A stretch of DNA of 64,000 nt, from assembly GCA_965200875.1 (NCBI GenBank), contig OZ241456.1, positions 1,216,001 to 1,280,000 of the forward strand, given 5' to 3'. Shown here piece after piece: positions 1 through 10,298 of this stretch (its first letter is position 1; each line of letters begins with the position of its first letter). The stretch comes from Bdellovibrionales bacterium. Lineage in GTDB: Bacteria > Bdellovibrionota > Bdellovibrionia > Bdellovibrionales > UBA1609. Made by a program: the position numbers and the translations under genes. The notes under the pieces were generated by a model. The model was not told where the DNA came from. It worked only from the letters and a program-made list of their open reading frames with translations, and searched no databases.

Positions 1-1139
1 CCAAACTGATATATGTTTTCCGCCATAGTTTCTGTAACTTCTGGTAAAAGTTTAAGATTAAAAACAGCTATTCTTTTTCTATCTTCAAAATTAGTAAGTG
101 AAACAATATTTAAGTCCCACTTAGTTAAGTTTACGGCCAATCGCACATTTTGCCCCTTTTTCCCAATAGCCAAAGAAAGTTGATCGTCAGCCACAACTAC
201 TTCCATTTCCTTGTTTTCCTCATCCACTAAAACTTTCGATATTTTTGCTGGTGCTAGAGCGTTACACACAAACTTCACGGGATCTTCATCATAGAGAATA
301 ACATCAATCCTTTCCCCTTTTAACTCCTGCGTAATATTTTGCACCCGACTTCCCTTCATACCCACGCAAGCACCCACAGGATGAACCGCTGAATCCGTAC
401 TGTAAACTGCCATTTTAGCTCTGTGTCCCGGTTCCCTAGCCGCAGAAACAATTTTAACAATACCTTCATAAATTTCAGGCACTTCTTTTTCAAAAAGTTT
501 AATCAAATAATCAGAGTGGGCACGGGACATAATAATTTGTGGTCCTCTTGTGGTTTGTCTGACTTCCAAAATATAGCCTTGAATCCGATCCCCAGTATTG
601 TATTTTTCCCCGTAAATTTGCTCTTTTCTGGGAATATAAGCTTCCACCTTTTCCAAATCCACAACAACCATTCCTCTATCAACTCTGCGAACCATCCCAG
701 AAACAACTTCCCCTTTTCGTTTTTCAAATTCATTAAAAACCATTTCATTTTCTGCATCTTTCAAACTTTGTGCCACAATTTGTTTGGCCATATATGCGTC
801 AATTCTTCCCAAAGCTGATGCCTCTAAAGGAACACCAATTTGATCTTTCACACGCGCTTCCGGATCCAATTTTAAAGCTGAGCTGAGTTTAATTTCAATT
901 TGTTCGTCTATAAAGTTTTCATCTTCCACCACTTCTTTAAACTCATAAAGCTCCAGCTGCCCCGTTTCTTCGTTATATTTCACTTCAATATCCCGATAAG
1001 TTCCATACTTTTTTCTGGCCGCAGATAACATCCCATGAACAATAGAATCAATGACCACTTTTCGCTCTATACCTCTATCCTTGCTTACCTGATCAATAAG
1101 CCTACCCAACTCAGAAAAAACATTTGTTATTGTACTCAT
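1..1139 (-). CDS. nusA: Transcription termination/antitermination factor NusA (3' end runs off window)
   Basis: Manual translation from ATG at 1139: MSTITNVFSELGRLIDQVSKDRGI...AREPGHRAKMAV...VGACVGMKGSRVQ...LSLAIGKKGQNVRLA (S1/KH motifs); follows rimP. Confidence 0.96.
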   Translation of the reverse strand, partial: MSTITNVFSELGRLIDQVSKDRGIERKVVIDSIVHGMLSAARKKYGTYRDIEVKYNEETGQLELYEFKEVVEDENFIDEQIEIKLSSALKLDPEARVKDQIGVPLEASALGRIDAYMAKQIVAQSLKDAENEMVFNEFEKRKGEVVSGMVRRVDRGMVVVDLEKVEAYIPRKEQIYGEKYNTGDRIQGYILEVRQTTRGPQIIMSRAHSDYLIKLFEKEVPEIYEGIVKIVSAAREPGHRAKMAVYSTDSAVHPVGACVGMKGSRVQNITQELKGERIDVILYDEDPVKFVCNALAPAKISKVLVDEENKEMEVVVADDQLSLAIGKKGQNVRLAVNLTKWDLNIVSLTNFEDRKRIAVFNLKLLPEVTETMAENIYQF

Positions 1140-1164
1140 ATTTTGCTCCTTTTTTTTGCCTAAA

Positions 1165-1665
1165 CTAAAATACTGTACGCGCTTTTGTAATAATATTTAC
1201 AGGAATTGTCCAATTCAAAAAACCATCATTTACGCTTATTATATTGTTCTCAAACTTGCATAGCTTTCCATATAATATCGTTTTTTGCCTCTTTTTCTCT
1301 GATTTTTTATCATAACAAGTCACTGGCTGGCTAGTGTGAATTTTTACAGTTTCCCCAACAGCCGACAAAAAATGCCAGTCTTTTTTAAGAAATCTCTCCA
1401 AACCTGGGCTGGATACTTCACATTTGATATTCTTCATTCCTTCCGACTCCAGTAAAAATAACAAGGATTCCATAAACTTACCACAAAGGTTCAAGTCAAC
1501 AGGATTTTTTTCACTGGCAATATATACTCTTAGCAGATTGGCCTTGAACTCTATATCATAAATACGCACCTTGTTCATTTTGCCAGCTGTATTAATCATC
1601 TGATTTAATTTCAAATCAGATGATTCTTTTTCCCTTTTAGTTTTTTTACAACTGTTCTTTTGCAT
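1165..1665 (-). CDS. rimP: Ribosome maturation factor RimP
   Basis: LRVYI...C...EVSSPGLER motif; directly upstream of nusA; GGAG RBS before ATG. Confidence 0.92.
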   Translation of the reverse strand: MQKNSCKKTKREKESSDLKLNQMINTAGKMNKVRIYDIEFKANLLRVYIASEKNPVDLNLCGKFMESLLFLLESEGMKNIKCEVSSPGLERFLKKDWHFLSAVGETVKIHTSQPVTCYDKKSEKKRQKTILYGKLCKFENNIISVNDGFLNWTIPVNIITKARTVF

Positions 1666-1769
1666 TTATGCTCCCAAATTCCAAATCCTTTTTTCAAAAA
1701 ATCAAGTGATAACAATGTGTTAATAGCTTAATCACGAATCACTATTCAAGTCTTAAAAAAATCAAACAC

Positions 1770-1799
1770 AAAAAAAGAGGGCCTTCTCAGACCCTCTTT
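1770..1799 (-). terminator. Intrinsic terminator-like hairpin in rimP-nusA leader
   Basis: AAAGAGGG(1774-1781)...CCCTCTTT(1792-1799) stem, followed by a U-run on the minus strand. Confidence 0.6.
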
Positions 1800-1808
1800 A
1801 CTCTGAGT

Positions 1809-1837
1809 AAGCTACTAAATAAAATTTGTAAAATCAA
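1809..1837 (-). promoter_or_regulatory. Candidate sigma70 promoter for rimP-nusA
   Basis: Minus strand TTGATT-17 nt-TAGCTT. Confidence 0.4.
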
Positions 1838-2017
1838 ATATTTTTTATAAAAAAACACAGAAATATTGGCGTTTTTTAATTTGAGCTATCACCTTTTCTT
1901 AATCAATCAGGTTTATAAACCTTAAGAAAATTTTTTCTGTCATTGCTGGCTTCAGTTTTGTCTGACTTTTTATTGTATTCTTTATTATGTTATTATCCGT
2001 TATGCAAATGATTATTT

Positions 2018-2246
2018 TCACCTAAAACCTTTGCAATCAATGAGTTTATCCGTACTGCACATAACAAAAATACGATCGGAAATTCGTTTAAAAATATCAT
2101 CATGCAGAGAACCAAAAGAACTAACACGCTTATGTACATTATCAGGCTTTATTTTATCCCATGAAAGACCTTGACCATTTTCAGCCTCTTGGGCTTTCGC
2201 CAATTCTCCCTCTAAAACCTGAGCATCTTCACCTTCCTTCTCGCTT
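2018..2246 (-). pseudogene. N-terminal fragment of an Rpn-family nuclease gene
   Basis: SLHDDIFKRI resembles NLHDRFFKRF of the Rpn at 31972; frame cut at the 2247 duplication junction. Confidence 0.5.
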
Positions 2247-3061
2247 TAGGAGATAAAAAAGCATTGGATTCCCTTGTTGATGAAGAAACATTAACTCTCT
2301 TAGATAGCTCCCTTTATCCCTCTTTGGCAGACAACAAGCAAATTGTTCTGGATTTGAGAATAAGACTCAGTACCGGAGAAACTGTGAATGTGGAAATACA
2401 GTCTGTCTTAAAAATAGGTTTTTTGAAAAGAGTGCTTTTTTATTGGTCTAGACTTTACACGGAGAGTTTAAAGAAGTCAGCAGATTACAGCAGTATTTGC
2501 CCTGCATATTCCTTGATTTTCACAGACTTTGATGTTCTTCCGGTAAAAAAGTATAGAGATTTTATCAATTCCTTTTCTTTGCGATCGGATAAAGATCCAC
2601 ATTCTTCCTTGATCGATGATGAAAAGATAGTGTTTGTGGAATTAAGTAAGTTTATGAGAGCGAGGCCAGAGAGTCTGAAGGAGATAGTTGATTTGCGGGA
2701 CTTATGGTGCTATCTTTTAAAAGAGTCCTGCCACATAGGAAAAAGAGAGTGGGATATATTATCAACGAGTAAGGGGGAAGAGATGAGAAGAGCAATGGAA
2801 CATTTAAAAGATTTGTCCCAGGATGAGGATTTGCGCCGAGAAGAGGAAGCACGAGAGAAGTTTTTAAGAGATCAGCGTGCAGAGAAAGCTTATGCCTTTA
2901 ACAAAGGCCGAGAAGAAGGCATGGAACAAGGTTTGAAGACAGGCATGGAACAAATAGCTTTGAATATGCTCAAAAAAAATATGCAGATTTCTGATATCAT
3001 TGAAATCACTGGTGTATCAGCAGAGAAAATTAAAGAGTTACAGGAAAGCTTAAAGCTCTAA
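2247..3061 (+). pseudogene. 5'-truncated duplicate of the Rpn-family nuclease at 3536
   Basis: Near-identical to 3684-4534; lacks the N-terminal DLMFK segment and RBS; fewer GMEK repeats. Confidence 0.85.
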
Positions 3062-3062
3062 T

Positions 3063-3403
3063 TTGTCACCCGTGAAACACCCTTTAACATATTTCTATCA
3101 TAATGAGTTTTCCGTCTTTAGATCGAAGCTCTTTAACCCGTTGGAGACAAAGAATGGGAAAGGAAAAGCTTACTCTCTTGCTGAGCGAGGTGAGCTTAAG
3201 ACAGTGATAGTGGATACAACTATTATGGAGAAAGCCATAGCCTTCCCAACAGCCAGCAGACTTTATTTTAAGGCTTTGGCGAGTTCGGCTTTGAGCACAC
3301 CGCGACTGAAAGACGCGTGTGTGGCAAAACGCATGTTTGAGACCGAGCGGTGAAGTATGAGCAAATAAGCTGTACATATAAACACTCTTTTTCACGGGCC
3401 ACT
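3063..3403 (+). mobile_element. Internally deleted IS5-family remnant with terminal inverted repeats
   Basis: Ends GTCACCCGTGAAA...TTTCACGGGCCACT; internal peptide VIVDTTIMEKAIAFPTASRLY resembles the IS5-family DTTVQEK..FPTD motif. Confidence 0.7.
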
Positions 3404-3472
3404 TAAGATAATACGTTTGCCAAATCTCCCATAAAAACCATGTTTAGCGATATCAAACCCTCGAGATCATTT

Positions 3473-3488
3473 TGGCACGGATTTTGCA
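3473..3488 (+). promoter_or_regulatory. Sigma54 (-24/-12) promoter upstream of the Rpn gene
   Basis: TGGCACGGATTTTGCA matches TGGCACG-N4-TTGCW with exact GG-N10-GC spacing. Confidence 0.7.
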
Positions 3489-3535
3489 TGAACTATTTAT
3501 TAACAATAAACCACTTTTTTTAAAGGAGCTTTACC

Positions 3536-4534
3536 ATGAAAACAAATCGTAGCAAATTTTTAAACTTAAGCCAGGACCTCATGTTCAAGACCTATTTCTC
3601 TAAAAACAAAGAAGTCCTGAAATCTCTTTTAAATGCCTTTTTGCCTCTTCCTCCCAATCAAAAAGTGCAAGATATATCCTTCATAGGAGATAAAAAAGCA
3701 TTGGATTCCCTTGTTGATGAAGAAACATTAACTCTCTTAGATAGCTCCCTTTATCCCTCTTTGGCAGACAACAAGCAAATTGTTCTGGATTTGAGAATAA
3801 GACTCAGTACCGGAGAAACTGTGAATGTGGAAATACAGTCTGTCTTAAAAATAGGTTTTTTGAAAAGAGTGCTTTTTTATTGGTCTAGACTTTACACGGA
3901 GAGTTTAAAGAAGTCAGCAGATTACAGCAGTATTTGCCCTGCATATTCCTTGATTTTCACAGACTTTGATGTTCTTCCGGTAAAAAAGTATAGAGATTTT
4001 ATCAATTCCTTTTCTTTGCGATCGGATAAAGAGCCACATTCTTCCTTGATCGATGATGAAAAGATAGTGTTTGTGGAATTAAGTAAGTTTATGAGAGCGA
4101 GGCCAGAGAGTCTGAAGGAGATAGTTGATTTGCGGGACTTATGGTGCTATCTTTTAAAAGAGTCCTGCCACATAGGAAAAAGAGAGTGGGATATATTATC
4201 AACGAGTAAGGGGGAAGAGATGAGAAGAGCAATGGAACATTTAAAAGATTTGTCCCAAGATGAGGATTTGCGCCGGGAAGAAGAGGCACGGGAGAAATTT
4301 TTAAGAGATCAGCGTGCAGAGAAAGCTTATGCCTTTAACAAAGGCATGGAGAAAGGCCGAGAACAAGGCATGGAGAAAGGCTTGAAGACTGGCATGGAGA
4401 AAGGTTTGAAGACAGGCATGGAACAAATAGCTTTGAATATGCTCAAAAAAAATATGCAGATTTCTGATATCATTGAAATCACTGGTGTATCAGCAGAGAA
4501 AATTAAAGAGTTACAGGAAAGCTTAAAGCTCTAA
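3536..4534 (+). CDS. Rpn family recombination-promoting nuclease/putative transposase (PD-(D/E)XK)
   Basis: DLMFKTYF, LDLRI...VNVEIQ, RVLFYWSRLY, C-terminal GMEKG repeats and IALNMLK...DIIEITG; AAGGAG RBS. Confidence 0.9.
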   Translation: MKTNRSKFLNLSQDLMFKTYFSKNKEVLKSLLNAFLPLPPNQKVQDISFIGDKKALDSLVDEETLTLLDSSLYPSLADNKQIVLDLRIRLSTGETVNVEIQSVLKIGFLKRVLFYWSRLYTESLKKSADYSSICPAYSLIFTDFDVLPVKKYRDFINSFSLRSDKEPHSSLIDDEKIVFVELSKFMRARPESLKEIVDLRDLWCYLLKESCHIGKREWDILSTSKGEEMRRAMEHLKDLSQDEDLRREEEAREKFLRDQRAEKAYAFNKGMEKGREQGMEKGLKTGMEKGLKTGMEQIALNMLKKNMQISDIIEITGVSAEKIKELQESLKL

Positions 4535-4535
4535 T

Positions 4536-4630
4536 TTGTCGAGCGTGAAACACCCTTTAACATATTTCTATCATAATGAGTTTTCCGTCTTTTAAGTAAC
4601 CTGTTTTATCAGGGGTTTTCACGGAGGACT
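4536..4630. mobile_element. Short inverted-repeat element (MITE-like), copy B
   Basis: GTCGAGCGTGAAA...TTTTCACGGAGGAC; shares AAGTAACCTGTTTTATCAG with the copy at 56546. Confidence 0.6.
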
Positions 4631-7208
4631 AGATATTTGAATCCGCCCCTCCATCTATCAACAAATTCACTATTTCTCTAAACCGCACTACTCCAATATT
4701 TTTAGATTGTGTAGCCCATGTCAAAGCTGTATGTCCGGTATTATTACGCACATTCGGATCCGCTCCCTTCTCCAACAAAAACCGAATTATATCAACATAT
4801 TCAGACCGTACAGCCTCTATCAAAGCTGTATTCCCATAATTATTACGCACATTCGGATCCGCTCCCTTCTCCAACAATAACTGCATTACTTCTATATTTT
4901 CAGCTCGTACAGCCAATATGAAAGCTGTCTCCCCGTAATTATTACGGATATTTGGATCCGCCCCCTTCTCCAACAATAACTGCATTACTTCTATAGTGTT
5001 ATTCTGTACAGCTCTCATCAAAGCTGTATATCCAAAACCACGACGCTGGTTTAGATCTGCTCCTCTTTCCAAAAGCAACAACATTATGTCCTTGTATTTT
5101 TCCCGGCCTCCAGATTGTTCCAGACGCCCCTTCTGAAAGGCTATTACACCATCCAAACTCTGCTGTAACATATAGCCCTTATCCAAAATCCTACCCCAAA
5201 GAGAGTGATCCAAAATCTGAGAAAGCTCATAAGCACTGTCAACAAATTCAGAATCACTGAACTTCCTTATAAACTCTCTTCTGTAGTCTGTGGTGTTCTT
5301 CCAATTACTCATCTCTCCTAATAAAGCTCGCCTTTCACTTTCTGAAAAAAATAAACCACCCTCATCTGAAATAACCCTTTTAAAAAAAGAAAAGTCCCAT
5401 CTCTCCAAAACAGTCTGACCCTTCTCCTCTGCTTGTAACCTCGGCTCTAGCTCTATCAAAGTGTAAAAAGCCCGCTTTCTCACTTGAAAAGAAAAGTGCT
5501 TACTCCTCATTACAAAATATAAATGTTCCCTGGAAAATGAAGTGGAAAAGCTAAACACTTCCCTTAAAATTAAAAAATTACTTAAAAACTCCAATTGCTT
5601 CGCATCTTTGTTGGATTCCTTAAAAGACAATATCCGCTGATATAAAGATCGAACATTTAAACCCGAACTGGCCTGCTTATGCGTGGGAACATCACCAGGT
5701 CTTATCTTCACTAATTCCAACCCTACCCCTTCAAACTCCAAAAGCTCCAAATTACTGTATGCTCTGGAATACCTAACAGGGCCAAAAAAAGACAAGCCAT
5801 GATCATGGGGCTTAAAGCCTGTAAGACTTCTTCGAAGCTCTGGAAGAATACTCGATCCCACATAATTGTTTATCAAATACTCATTCGACAAACCATTTTC
5901 ACCTCCTATCACCTTTGGCAGAGCCAACACATAACCTTGTTCCAACACACTTAATCGTACCCCCTCTAATAAAGCTTTAAGCCTCTGAGTATCCATATTC
6001 TGAATCTTATCCACAAAAGCTGTTTTGACTTTTTGACCTTCAGAGTTTAAAGCCTCCCCTAAGACCACAGTAATATGGCCTGAAGACCTGTGCCAGCTGT
6101 CTGTTAAGGTAAAGTAAAGAAAATTAGGGTCCAAAGCTCTTCCAAAATATGTATTAGTGGCACAGTCTCCTCCCATACAGGACCTGAAAGGCGATTCCTG
6201 AAGAGAAAGCCTCCTTAGCCTTAAAACTTCTGTCCCCTCAATAGTATGAGGTTGACTGCGAACATCCTCCGTGATTTTTGATAACAGCTCTGCATCATTC
6301 GGCACTTTAGCCTTTAAGCTTTCCACAAGCTCCGCAAAATGACCCATAAAACCCAATTCAAAAGCAATATTGTCTCTTTCAATTAAAAGATTTCGTAAAG
6401 CATTCAGGTTTTCTTGTGGATTGGCATCCTTAAGTGCTTCCATCCACGCTTTGTTGCCAAAACCAGATGTATAAATTAAATCCACCATCGCTTGAGAAAT
6501 TCTTTGTATGATTTTTTCATAAGACCCCTCTGGTGAAGTTTCATTGGCTTTTTGTTCTGCATTCAAAAAATCAGACCGGACCTCCGCTAGAGCCTTGTAC
6601 AAAGCAATAACTCGCTCTCTGTAAGGTTGTTGGGGGTTTTTTATAAAATCCCTCAGCTCTTTATTTAAGGATGTGGTATCGAGCCAAGCTATAAAATCTT
6701 GCCTTTCCTGCTTTCTTTTTTCCCTTAGTGCTTTCTTTTCCGCTTTAGGGTTTTGCTCCTGCCCTCTAAACATTTTGATCCAAAAACCCAAGTTTGCCTC
6801 TATATGAAATAAATTGTTCTGTATCCGATTGCTTTTGCTCTTGAAAGATGTAATGAAATTTACAAGGCTTTGGGGTCTTTCTTTTCTTACTGTGGCAAAC
6901 TCAAAAATATAGTCTCTTAAAGGAATTTTGGAAAGCGAAGGATTTTGCTTCAAGATATCAAAAACAGATTGCAGACCTGCTCTGCCATTTTCAGAATAAG
7001 GAGTCCAATTTTTAAGATAAAACTTAAAGAGATCATCTTGTCCTTCTCTGAGAACCAACCCCCTAGTCATGGCCTCTGCAAAGGAGCTTGGATTGGAAAA
7101 CATCTCTCCAGAATCAGAAAACGCCTCCTCACAAGACATTGCGTAAGACATTGATTGAAAAAAAACCAGCAGAAAAGCCAGTAAAAAATGATAACTTTCA
7201 AAACGCAT
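4629..7208 (-). CDS. Secreted protein with C-terminal ankyrin repeats
   Basis: Signal-peptide-like N-terminus; four G.TAL..A...LLEKGADPN units encoded by ~99-bp tandem repeats at about 4690-5070. Confidence 0.9.
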   Translation of the reverse strand: MRFESYHFLLAFLLVFFQSMSYAMSCEEAFSDSGEMFSNPSSFAEAMTRGLVLREGQDDLFKFYLKNWTPYSENGRAGLQSVFDILKQNPSLSKIPLRDYIFEFATVRKERPQSLVNFITSFKSKSNRIQNNLFHIEANLGFWIKMFRGQEQNPKAEKKALREKRKQERQDFIAWLDTTSLNKELRDFIKNPQQPYRERVIALYKALAEVRSDFLNAEQKANETSPEGSYEKIIQRISQAMVDLIYTSGFGNKAWMEALKDANPQENLNALRNLLIERDNIAFELGFMGHFAELVESLKAKVPNDAELLSKITEDVRSQPHTIEGTEVLRLRRLSLQESPFRSCMGGDCATNTYFGRALDPNFLYFTLTDSWHRSSGHITVVLGEALNSEGQKVKTAFVDKIQNMDTQRLKALLEGVRLSVLEQGYVLALPKVIGGENGLSNEYLINNYVGSSILPELRRSLTGFKPHDHGLSFFGPVRYSRAYSNLELLEFEGVGLELVKIRPGDVPTHKQASSGLNVRSLYQRILSFKESNKDAKQLEFLSNFLILREVFSFSTSFSREHLYFVMRSKHFSFQVRKRAFYTLIELEPRLQAEEKGQTVLERWDFSFFKRVISDEGGLFFSESERRALLGEMSNWKNTTDYRREFIRKFSDSEFVDSAYELSQILDHSLWGRILDKGYMLQQSLDGVIAFQKGRLEQSGGREKYKDIMLLLLERGADLNQRRGFGYTALMRAVQNNTIEVMQLLLEKGADPNIRNNYGETAFILAVRAENIEVMQLLLEKGADPNVRNNYGNTALIEAVRSEYVDIIRFLLEKGADPNVRNNTGHTALTWATQSKNIGVVRFREIVNLLIDGGADSNI

Positions 7209-7559
7209 AATGTATTATATATGTAGTTATGATTCCAAACAAACAGAGACCTTTAAAAAAGATATTTTCATTAAAAAAACAACCCTCTTAATGTAAAATT
7301 TACATTAATCATCTCTTTGAAAACGCATCACAGGACTTCATATTCGTTAAAAAGACTTTTTCCCGGATAACCAACAATGTACTTTTTGCCGGTTTTTGAC
7401 AAAAGACTGTGTCATTTTTTAAATATTTTTGCTGGAAAAACAGCTTTAAACGGCTTTAATCAGTTTTAAACAGATTTTAATATTGAAAAATTGACCTCTC
7501 CGGTACTTTCATTTAATTTAGTAAGAAAGAGGAAAATTTTAAATATTTTGGATTTTAAT

Positions 7560-7874
7560 ATGGTGTCTGTTTCAAAAAAATCATTAAAAACATACGAAGT
7601 TTGTATTGGAGACTGTTCTTTAAGGCTGAAATCTCAGCATAATCCCGATACTTTGAATGAAATTGTTCAAGTAGTGGAACAACAAATACGTTGTTCAAAA
7701 GAGTATAATCGGAACTTATCCATGCAAAAAGCATTTGTGTTGTCTTGCTTGAATATAGCTGAAGAGCTTGTTTGTCTCAAACAGGCCTTACGGCGACAGA
7801 TGAACCTTATGGAGTCTTCAGTTCAATCCATTTTTTCTGAATTAAAATCTTCCTCTACAAATATATCAAAATAA
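7560..7874 (+). CDS. zapA: Cell division protein ZapA
   Basis: YEVCIG...LRLKS...VLSCLNIAEEL pattern; conserved zapA-5FCL-rny-tyrS context; start placed at ATG 7560. Confidence 0.75.
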   Translation: MVSVSKKSLKTYEVCIGDCSLRLKSQHNPDTLNEIVQVVEQQIRCSKEYNRNLSMQKAFVLSCLNIAEELVCLKQALRRQMNLMESSVQSIFSELKSSSTNISK

Positions 7875-7934
7875 CGGCAAAACCGAATACGGTTGAAAAG
7901 CCAAATAATTTGATAATGCAAGAGGAAACTGATA

Positions 7935-8603
7935 GTGTCTAAAACAATAAATAGCTTTCATAAGCAACAATCATATTATTCTTATCAGACAGATCACTCT
8001 GTCATTCGTGTTAAAGAGGTAAAAAGAAAACTCTTTAGAACTAAAAATAACAGCCGGAAAAAATCAGAACTGAAAAAAGCTTCTCAAGAGCTTTCCAAAG
8101 TTCTTTCTCAGCTGGATATATGGAAAAAGAATTTAACTGTGGCGACTTACCGTGCTTTGCCTAGTGAGCTGTCAACGGAAAGTTTTCAGCAGAAACACAA
8201 AAACAAATGTCGATTTGTTTTTCCTCAAATAAAGGAGAAAACAAATGAAATGAAGTTTGTTTTTGCAGATTTGTTGGACGATCAAAGCTGGGAGCCTAGT
8301 CCTTGGCTTGGAGGCTGGCAACCTTCCAACGAAGAAGAAGTGCCTTTACAGAAAATAGATGTGTTTCTTGTTCCGGGATTGGCTTTCGATCGGGAAGGAC
8401 ACAGGCTGGGCCGTGGCAAAGGTTTTTACGACAGAGTTTTATGTCAGGCGAAAGGCATTAAGATAGGCTTGGCGGGTGTACATCAAATATCAGACGAGAT
8501 TCTGCCAAATGAGAGTCACGATATTAAGGTGGATGCTGTCGTCACTGATTGTTTTTTGCTTGTTCCTTTAAAACACTCACAGTTTTTTGCAGAGGAAGTG
8601 TAA
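7935..8603 (+). CDS. 5-formyltetrahydrofolate cyclo-ligase
   Basis: VPGLAFDREGHRLGRGKGFYDR and ESHDIKVD motifs. Confidence 0.92.
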   Translation: MSKTINSFHKQQSYYSYQTDHSVIRVKEVKRKLFRTKNNSRKKSELKKASQELSKVLSQLDIWKKNLTVATYRALPSELSTESFQQKHKNKCRFVFPQIKEKTNEMKFVFADLLDDQSWEPSPWLGGWQPSNEEEVPLQKIDVFLVPGLAFDREGHRLGRGKGFYDRVLCQAKGIKIGLAGVHQISDEILPNESHDIKVDAVVTDCFLLVPLKHSQFFAEEV

Positions 8604-8715
8604 CTTTTTGAGTTCAGATGAACCTGTAAGTAAGGAACATGATAAAAATGTTTGAATTGTTCTGGTTATCTCGTCCAAACGGGATCCTAACAAAGAGTAA
8701 AAGGAGAGCAGTAAA

Positions 8716-10293
8716 GTGACAGATTCATTTTGGGTTTTAGCAAGTGCCTTAACCGGTTTTTTCATGGGTTCTTTGGTTTTTATTTTTTATTTACGTATTT
8801 CTCAAGGACGCAGAAAAAAGAATATAAAAAAAGAAATGAACTTTATTATTAATCAGGCAAAATCTCAAGCTCTGCGCATTGAAAAAAATGCTCTTTCCAA
8901 AGCACGAGATACAGAGCGTAAACTAAAGAGTAAATGGGAAATACTTGCGCGTAAAGAACAGAAACAAGCGGAAGATATGAAGTATCAGGCAGAAAAGAGA
9001 AAAGCACGTTTGGAAAGAGAATTTAGAAGAAAAAAAGAGGATCTGGAAATTCAAATCAGGGATATGGAAAGAGAAAAGGAAAAAGCTAAAGTACTGGGAC
9101 GACAGCTAGAAAGAGCCTCCAAGAAAACAAATGAAAAAATAGAAGAATTAAATGTGATAATAGAAAAAGCAACAGGTTTAACGAAAGAAGAAGCGCGGGA
9201 GGAAATCAAGAAAAATATGGAAGAGGAAATAAAAAAAGAAATAGCACCTCAGCTGATGCGTATGTCAGAGGACCTGAAAAAAAAATCAGAACAACAAGCG
9301 AAGTTAATTTTATCTCAGGTGATTGCACGTTTCGCTTCAGAAGTTTCCACGGAAAAAACAATCACCTCCATTACTATTGAAAATGAGGAAACAAAAGGAA
9401 AGATTATAGGGCGGGAAGGTCGTAATATCAGAGCTTTGGAATCAGCCTGTGGAGTGGATATCATTATTGATGAAACTCAGGAGGCCATTCTTATTTCCTG
9501 TTTTGATTCTGTTCGAAGAGAAGTAGCCGTGAGATCCATAAACCATTTATTGGAAGAGGGAAGAGTACATCCGGCTCGAATCGAAGAGATGGTGAGCAAG
9601 ATTAAAAGAAACATATTTACTTCTATGATGGAAGAGGGAAAACAGGTTTGTTTTGACTTAGGTATTCATGATGTGAAACCAGCTCTTGTGGAAAGTTTCG
9701 GTTCTTTGAAATACCGTTTTATAGAGGGAAATAATGTTTTAAAGAGCAGTATTGAGGTAGCTCAGCTGGCTGGTTTGATTGCGGGTGAAATAGGTATTGA
9801 AGAGAAATATGCGAAAAGAGCTGGTCTGTTGCATGCTATCGGGTTGAGTGTGGATCATCGTATAAAGGGTAGTTACTCGCAAGTAGGTTCGGAATATGCA
9901 CGAAAACAGGGAGAATCAGAAGTGATTTGTCAGGCTATCCTTTGCCACAGAGGGGAAGTTCCGGCACAGTCTGTTTTGGATCATGTTGTACAGTCTGCTT
10001 ACAATTTTTCCCGTGAGCGTCCAGGAGCAAGACGAGAGGTGATAGAAAATTACATTAATAGAATGCAGGATATGGAATCTGTTGCCAACAGTTTTGACGG
10101 AGTGATTGGAAGCTTTGCGATCAGAACAGGAAAAGAAATTCGAGTGTTGGTGGATAGTGGAAAAGTGACGGATGAACAGGCTTTTATGTTAAGCAGGGAT
10201 ATCGCTCAAAAAATAAAAAAAGAAATGGAAGAAATTGGCCAGCTGATGGTGAGTGTGGTGAGGGAATGCAGAATAGTTGAACAAGCCAGATAA
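8716..10293 (+). CDS. rny: Ribonuclease Y (HD metal site degenerate)
   Basis: N-terminal TM, coiled coil, KH motif [33 protein letters not shown] motif reads LLHAIG. Confidence 0.9.
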   Translation: MTDSFWVLASALTGFFMGSLVFIFYLRISQGRRKKNIKKEMNFIINQAKSQALRIEKNALSKARDTERKLKSKWEILARKEQKQAEDMKYQAEKRKARLEREFRRKKEDLEIQIRDMEREKEKAKVLGRQLERASKKTNEKIEELNVIIEKATGLTKEEAREEIKKNMEEEIKKEIAPQLMRMSEDLKKKSEQQAKLILSQVIARFASEVSTEKTITSITIENEETKGKIIGREGRNIRALESACGVDIIIDETQEAILISCFDSVRREVAVRSINHLLEEGRVHPARIEEMVSKIKRNIFTSMMEEGKQVCFDLGIHDVKPALVESFGSLKYRFIEGNNVLKSSIEVAQLAGLIAGEIGIEEKYAKRAGLLHAIGLSVDHRIKGSYSQVGSEYARKQGESEVICQAILCHRGEVPAQSVLDHVVQSAYNFSRERPGARREVIENYINRMQDMESVANSFDGVIGSFAIRTGKEIRVLVDSGKVTDEQAFMLSRDIAQKIKKEMEEIGQLMVSVVRECRIVEQAR

Positions 10294-10298
10294 CTTTT

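Larger units (their letters stand above)
2247..4592 (+). repeat. Direct duplication 2247-3119 / 3684-4592
   Basis: Both copies start TAGGAGATAAAAAAGCATTGG and end GAGTTTTCCGTCTTT. Confidence 0.95.

Noticed and set aside
423..818. ORFs 423-818(+) and 503-757(-)
   Set aside because: Shadow frames of nusA
7875..8715. 6S RNA expected near zapA/5-FCL/rny
   Set aside because: The intergenic gaps are only 60 and ~110 bp and I could not fold a convincing long hairpin with a central bubble; needs an Infernal search with the Rfam 6S model
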